64,000 bases of DNA from Methanobacteriota archaeon. Lineage in GTDB: Archaea; Thermoplasmatota; Poseidoniia; Poseidoniales; Thalassarchaeaceae. The stretch's first letter is position 1. Every line of letters begins with the position of its first letter. The position numbers and the translations under genes were made by a program. Location: NCBI GenBank assembly GCA_002708695.1, contig PAOZ01000012.1, positions 4,280 to 68,279 on the forward strand, in the 5' to 3' direction. This document shows, piece after piece, positions 62,501-64,000 of this stretch. The notes below the pieces were generated by a model, which made no database searches, was not told the DNA's origin, and saw only the letters and a program-made list of their open reading frames with translations.

Positions 62501-62560
62501 GGGTCTTAAGGGAAATGGAGCGGTGTTCGTACGCAAAGGTAGTTGTAAGATATCAGTCAA
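53513..62560 (-). CDS. Giant (3015 aa) TgpA-like surface protein: N-terminal TM, Ca-binding TSP3-type repeats, transglutaminase-like core, long Ig-like repeat array, C-terminal TM and cytoplasmic DUF4129-like domain
   Basis: 'DADGDGLTYGLE', 'DPDGDGLVNLKEY', 'DTDGDGISDGNE' and similar units. Transglutaminase Cys box 'KEGTCDDWTTVLTTMARLAGLPARKVSGY' with a downstream 'TWVEVHM'. Many N-x-S/T sequons. TM helix 'IAIIVIILLAAAGAVI', then '...FETVREFEMAIRQALP...LDQVFEEARYSSHEM'. Confidence 0.85.
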   Translation of the reverse strand: MTDILQLPLRTNTAPFPLRPYKMPYGMVERMLTEPFPHFRHTGVRNRCRAVLLTMLMVFASLAALEFAAWEAYASSDADGDGLTYGLEFLLNTQPQDWDSDNDELPDGWEWFHGLNPLDASSLTVNGSLGDPDGDSLSNKDEYQYGMPSNWDNPNTPNVLDNGVWWNGTVPTRNWDEESAMQANQGTGSDGADEDPMGNICTDGMDNDRDGLVDSADPDNDGDADCSSDDDDGDGDIDEDPDGYDTDNDGMNDGWEVSNGLDPTVRTGSDGPGGDPDGDGLVNLKEYVNPSWTTQNSGTPYFMPGAPNQQRTETESPCNPVLGIGPNGCATLTAEVDGVTSTNPQRSDTDGDGLNDSYEALTLLTDPTDSDTDGDGISDGNEVNGQYGSPAQASDPRDNNTDDDPFDDGEEDINGNGIIDGGNETDPTRAEDSGDFDNDGIENWEENLTCTGWNVADTDFGGVIDGLERTTGFNTDPCLSTVDFVTTFSSYDASNQVLFIANASGFGPDFFDWRPTSPGRIGYYNLSNGSLVPFTFQQADVLSSPHRLIGVSVSPPATTSTVIHKNGSWCWDANIQPSSNDPWCDDDYYDHDEDGISDWEENFGFWGFQSDPFDVDSDNDTVNDLDEILNGTDPLEPCDNNRDTDGDSLNDYFENNTGCPLFYVPGMGGNGSSDTFITDYEAVDTDVGGVWDGQEYLDGTNPQNNPSDDLNPADTDGDGIPDAIENNTGTNWLDPDTDGGGMTDYQECPPAFWPTNCAGSGQDPFDPTDDIIENQVIFWANNTSLNVDPALVHYWRTYTYDSYTGVDYGVNSSLVVLNSMSPGFADNNWIASTNFHNNTTSWEYTFPFMLQPGSNVPHHWSTTQYNGWADPTAGLNHTNYTHDVPLTDINLDFLIADAPEIWFSDSVRSNSTAYSGSSYALDLPSYFTDNSLPESEVNNITQSVISSSGALSAWEKMEALADFIENGNATFTPRLNYDGSGYPQGGGPDFVQFILIDSKEGTCDDWTTVLTTMARLAGLPARKVSGYVDGNWHGTGYEVLGLNYGTWVEVHMQTNSALGNAEMGWVPFNACPPDEDVEILNAEWGPFFIDRDGNSGQTYLNGTLVYSSNQTAVEGIVLDLYLVPLAAAGSVPGSAAQPSRLIGSAITAANGTFSLKGNPSEYIPPGFGALVVETVPSGYVGSNGLFDNYIVNVTDDVNITIEDPLPVNEPVFGAGSNTTLSGRLQIENIPQTDVTLLDDWDLDGDSNPDGFSFVWFNFTSSLFGAQSYTTSIGPTGFFEIVVFLDENESQGLNNATIEFPGWHEEDLQNGSSPLYHLRPLSQNLTMNITPAPNLDIILEGPSSNNSLLEINDLIFMNGTVLSRGLNPVPMEGTLYLQMRVNGSGAPYTDITSWVLNSTTWSGNPGNFSISWFMDPSMLPLPPGFIDVRFTFDSSTLEADDQVFMPPGFGLKSFVTFDFLFDPIQRDQMELINIGMYDHTGGTEQPFNGTYQTEINGVLVNTTIDPEDGSFTFEYTSPIVPAGDYPLWVNYSGSTWYDASSNNTTIRISGLGTVSAILGQSWTHIGDSNYVIGELRDSNLTGSPLILNNNSSIILTMELPGTGPSGPMGEPPAPEIVDLGSGWVNTTTGQYNVSFVMPTFVGAGVYDLIVSADFNTNAPIGGAYYSVEEGASILIGVESESVLTAIDPPSSVVAGDILEVNVSVIDIADGSNITGAAVQMIWDWDGPNNQTLSSATSGNQDGVARFTPTIPVGTAPGYYDVRILMPDDITDPLSTGSARWIGNFTDLNITVLVPTSVVIDSVVPSSFITAGSTFIVAGSVEDFNDPNRNFSGPIDVSVFFEGDPSEILISSYTTAVNGSFNITVPTDPLLDGITSGNKTLLIQVLEDTNPFYLPSNISQQVLVKGVTGFTQISPLIPVIVNRGDNIDFGATLVEESDQDRLLSNQTISGTFHETVLSDEITNETGVVRFNFTIPSTHPLGMIDIQLDYTGNFTLLGTNRTFSTVTVRTITILVVDPILDNPVAGDTFNVSGTLTSENGSGIVDRNGNYLLPVLGFTIDGFTDSFTFVNGTVYDGNWTASISLDQDFPRGQHAINVTYTPGVNYFLGSTNGTVFDSRGYTVLDFSDPLDLDPDRRTVRGDNITVALSLLDNAGAPVENASINISIDGLTSFEIFTDQNGIAIGNFSVPGIWDVGPLTINATHDGIPGSTGVLGDSTFTRVVILAPTVLSVDSVEGDLIAGQTIIVNGTLLDENGNSLLNETGDVVGGLIHLAIDGVDTGAGTIVQSDPITGQWSISYTLPLETTPGPHNATAFFLGGFLWVDPMGQGDSLNPEYYLQSNNTLGFEVSVPTEIRLFGGGADVTREELLDLTGVLVDIVERPISDMTLSVWMNGQFLTNVTSDSEGVVSILYPVPSDMPLGTQNVEVRFAGAPLYLPSNATTTFDVYAPIVVTVDAIDTAAVGDTVTISGTVRDNIPDNWVAGHIVTVRVDTSIIGSATTDVDGSWTLDWIVGPAFSIGVHEIVAYSEPQGFYLGGQSNTSIVIKHNAEITNLVVDEGGVATRGETWNLSGILVDGDTSPRIPIEGAIITIEIDGVILTTVTTDSSGAFSTQIPVLVSYERGLHTIRVSYDGNEQFIGAEDNVTAYTWSDVIIEILGVSDYNIRSNSSHPIVITGRIVEIGGTGNTVTGSDLSLIWAGAVESDAVVSWDNATGQFTISLVGSEPMQGDLEFSLKMAKDDSRFFNEAEKVGIDAFLMVPASFVPNDVEIGLNSREFSGIVTVFAKDNGARLANVSMAALLFNQTSEITQFGKLTDESGEFEYTFVSQEPLPTFSDTAHWGYFEIRLNTTSSLIAPDDRGDLLNLVVELTYVQPVESNSVVSPSSIAIIVIILLAAAGAVIQMRRRRSTIEEIQDIFTYTAELLAAGDEIREAIFNCYEDLCLVLMQNGFLRRDFETVREFEMAIRQALPIRESALAALDQVFEEARYSSHEMGDSHKVAAQQALSNVVSEIQNMAEIPTR

Positions 62561-64000
62561 TTAATTCGATATCTAAATCAAACTCATCTTCTTCTGCTTC
62601 AACAATTGTAGGAGGTAAATCATCAAGATCTTCTAGTTCAAATTCATCTTCCTCATCAAATTCATCCTCAAACTCATCAACCCATCGCCTTCGATTTCTT
62701 CGATTTTGAACACCAAGTACTACAATCAATAAGGTTACAACAGCTGAAATCAAAGTGACAGGACTTGGATTCAAAACTTCATTTGTAATCCTCAGTACTA
62801 TATCTTGAATCTCGACATTCATGACCAAATTTAGTTCGGCCCTTGCATTTTCATATTCTTCTCCGCCCTCATCGGCAAATGTCTTAGGAGAAGCAGAAAC
62901 AGAAAATGACACTGATTCACCCTGTCTAGCATCTTGAGGGGCATTAATCACTACAACAAAAGAGATGTCAGAATAAGGAGGAACCATGACTAAATCTCCT
63001 CCTCCGCCACCTATTTCTGCATCCCAACCATCACAAGAAGTTGCAGAATCGGAACATTCGATATCAATTTCAACGATTAACTCTTGGTTTCCTTTATTCT
63101 TCACACGCATCTGTAATGAGCGCTCCTCATTAGGTTGAATCCCAGGATTATTTGAAACTTGAACAACTTCTAGAGAAATAGAACCAGGTCCAATTTCAAC
63201 GATAAAGGGCATATCAAAATAACGAGCATCAGAATCAGTTGAATCTTCCATTATCCTCAGATACAATGTATGTGACCCCATCTCCACCTCATCTGGAGGG
63301 TCTATTGAAAGATGAACCTCCTCACTTTGTTGTGGTGCTAATTGAAGCATTGGAACACTATCCCCAGAATTATCTGTTATTCTGAAAACCCACTGAGAAT
63401 ACATCTCATCAACATCTAGATTTCTTTGGAGATCTGCTGGGTCCATTAGTCTCCAAGGAGTACTTGTAGAACCGTCTTGCAAACTATTTGTGACAATTAA
63501 TCGCATTGACATACCATTCTGAGTGCACGCTGTTTGATTTACAGTTCCTAAAGGTGCACCGTCGCAATCGAAAATAGGTGTTGCCTGAATCCCAAATGTC
63601 CGTTGAATTGTAAACTGGACCGTGGACTTCTTTGTCGAATTACCCTCACTAGTTACTTCAAGATGAATTAATCCCAAATCAGAATCAGAACGATCATCAG
63701 AAGGTTTTACTCTAATCTGAAGAACCTGAGTAGAATGTCTTCCCAGTAACGCAGTATGGAAAGTCCCATCTCCTTCATCTTCTAAAATACGGATACCAGT
63801 ATCATTATCGAACACTTGAATGATTGATTTTGAACGTTCTAATACGTCCACCCTAAATTCATCTGTATCAAATCCATTATTCCAGATTTCCATAATGAAT
63901 GTAGTAAATACTCCATCTTCTACAAATCTAGGAATTGTAGAATCAAATGAATCTGGACGAGAACTATTGTCATATTGTACAGTCTGATTATTATCCCACA
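62553..64000 (-). CDS. Surface protein with CARDB/NEW3-like beta domains, C-terminal TM and highly acidic tail (5' end beyond window)
   Basis: The frame stays open upstream of the listed Met to the window end. It contains beta-sandwich-like repeats and a TM helix 'LISAVVTLLIVVLGV', then RRNRRRW and 'DEFEDEFDEEDEFELEDLDDL...EEDEFDLDIELID'. There is an 8-nt overlap with the giant gene. Confidence 0.65.
   Translation of the reverse strand, partial: WDNNQTVQYDNSSRPDSFDSTIPRFVEDGVFTTFIMEIWNNGFDTDEFRVDVLERSKSIIQVFDNDTGIRILEDEGDGTFHTALLGRHSTQVLQIRVKPSDDRSDSDLGLIHLEVTSEGNSTKKSTVQFTIQRTFGIQATPIFDCDGAPLGTVNQTACTQNGMSMRLIVTNSLQDGSTSTPWRLMDPADLQRNLDVDEMYSQWVFRITDNSGDSVPMLQLAPQQSEEVHLSIDPPDEVEMGSHTLYLRIMEDSTDSDARYFDMPFIVEIGPGSISLEVVQVSNNPGIQPNEERSLQMRVKNKGNQELIVEIDIECSDSATSCDGWDAEIGGGGGDLVMVPPYSDISFVVVINAPQDARQGESVSFSVSASPKTFADEGGEEYENARAELNLVMNVEIQDIVLRITNEVLNPSPVTLISAVVTLLIVVLGVQNRRNRRRWVDEFEDEFDEEDEFELEDLDDLPPTIVEAEEDEFDLDIELID

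Overview
This is a low-GC archaeal chromosome segment. Gene content and order suggest a planktonic Thermoplasmatota-type euryarchaeon such as Marine Group II/Poseidoniales, but that placement is inference only. I saw no rRNA, CRISPR array, transposase or integrase.

Housekeeping backbone:
- pdxS (5'-truncated by the window edge) and purP.
- tRNA-Lys(UUU) followed by the minus-strand RNA polymerase operon rpoH-rpoB(unsplit)-rpoA'-rpoA''-rpl30e.
- RNase P protein Pop5.
- A methylmalonyl/propionyl-CoA module: MCM B12-binding subunit, MeaB, carboxyltransferase, small subunit and BCCP.
- gdhA, an HD phosphohydrolase and an XPD/Rad3 helicase.

Most interesting loci:
1. A six-gene Rieske/cytochrome b operon (26701-32987). 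The cytochrome b C-terminal (subunit IV-like) half is fused, through a large outward-facing domain and an extra TM helix, to a cytoplasmic HdrD/GlpC-like module (2x[4Fe-4S] plus 2 CCG domains). The operon also encodes a secreted Reeler-like CxCH protein and a separate ferredoxin, and no CxxCH (c-type heme) motif is present in its products.
2. RNA polymerase oddities. RpoH and RpoA'' carry homologous N-terminal HhH-like plus basic modules. RpoA' has an insertion of about 130 aa with Cys pairs. RpoB also appears to carry an insertion.
3. A degenerate FtsZ/tubulin paralogue coupled to a small TPR protein.
4. A fusion of an Mtq2/HemK-like methyltransferase with a biotin-protein ligase.
5. Three to four paralogous archaeal coiled-coil proteins interleaved with Roadblock/LC7, GNAT and a KaiC-like ATPase that has a deviant Walker A.
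6. A 3015-aa TgpA-like transglutaminase surface giant, together with further calcium-repeat surface proteins.
7. A roughly 400-bp hairpin-rich locus with GC-rich stems and a repeated CACACACCC motif whose coding status is unclear.

All functional calls come from motif recognition by eye. No database search was run.
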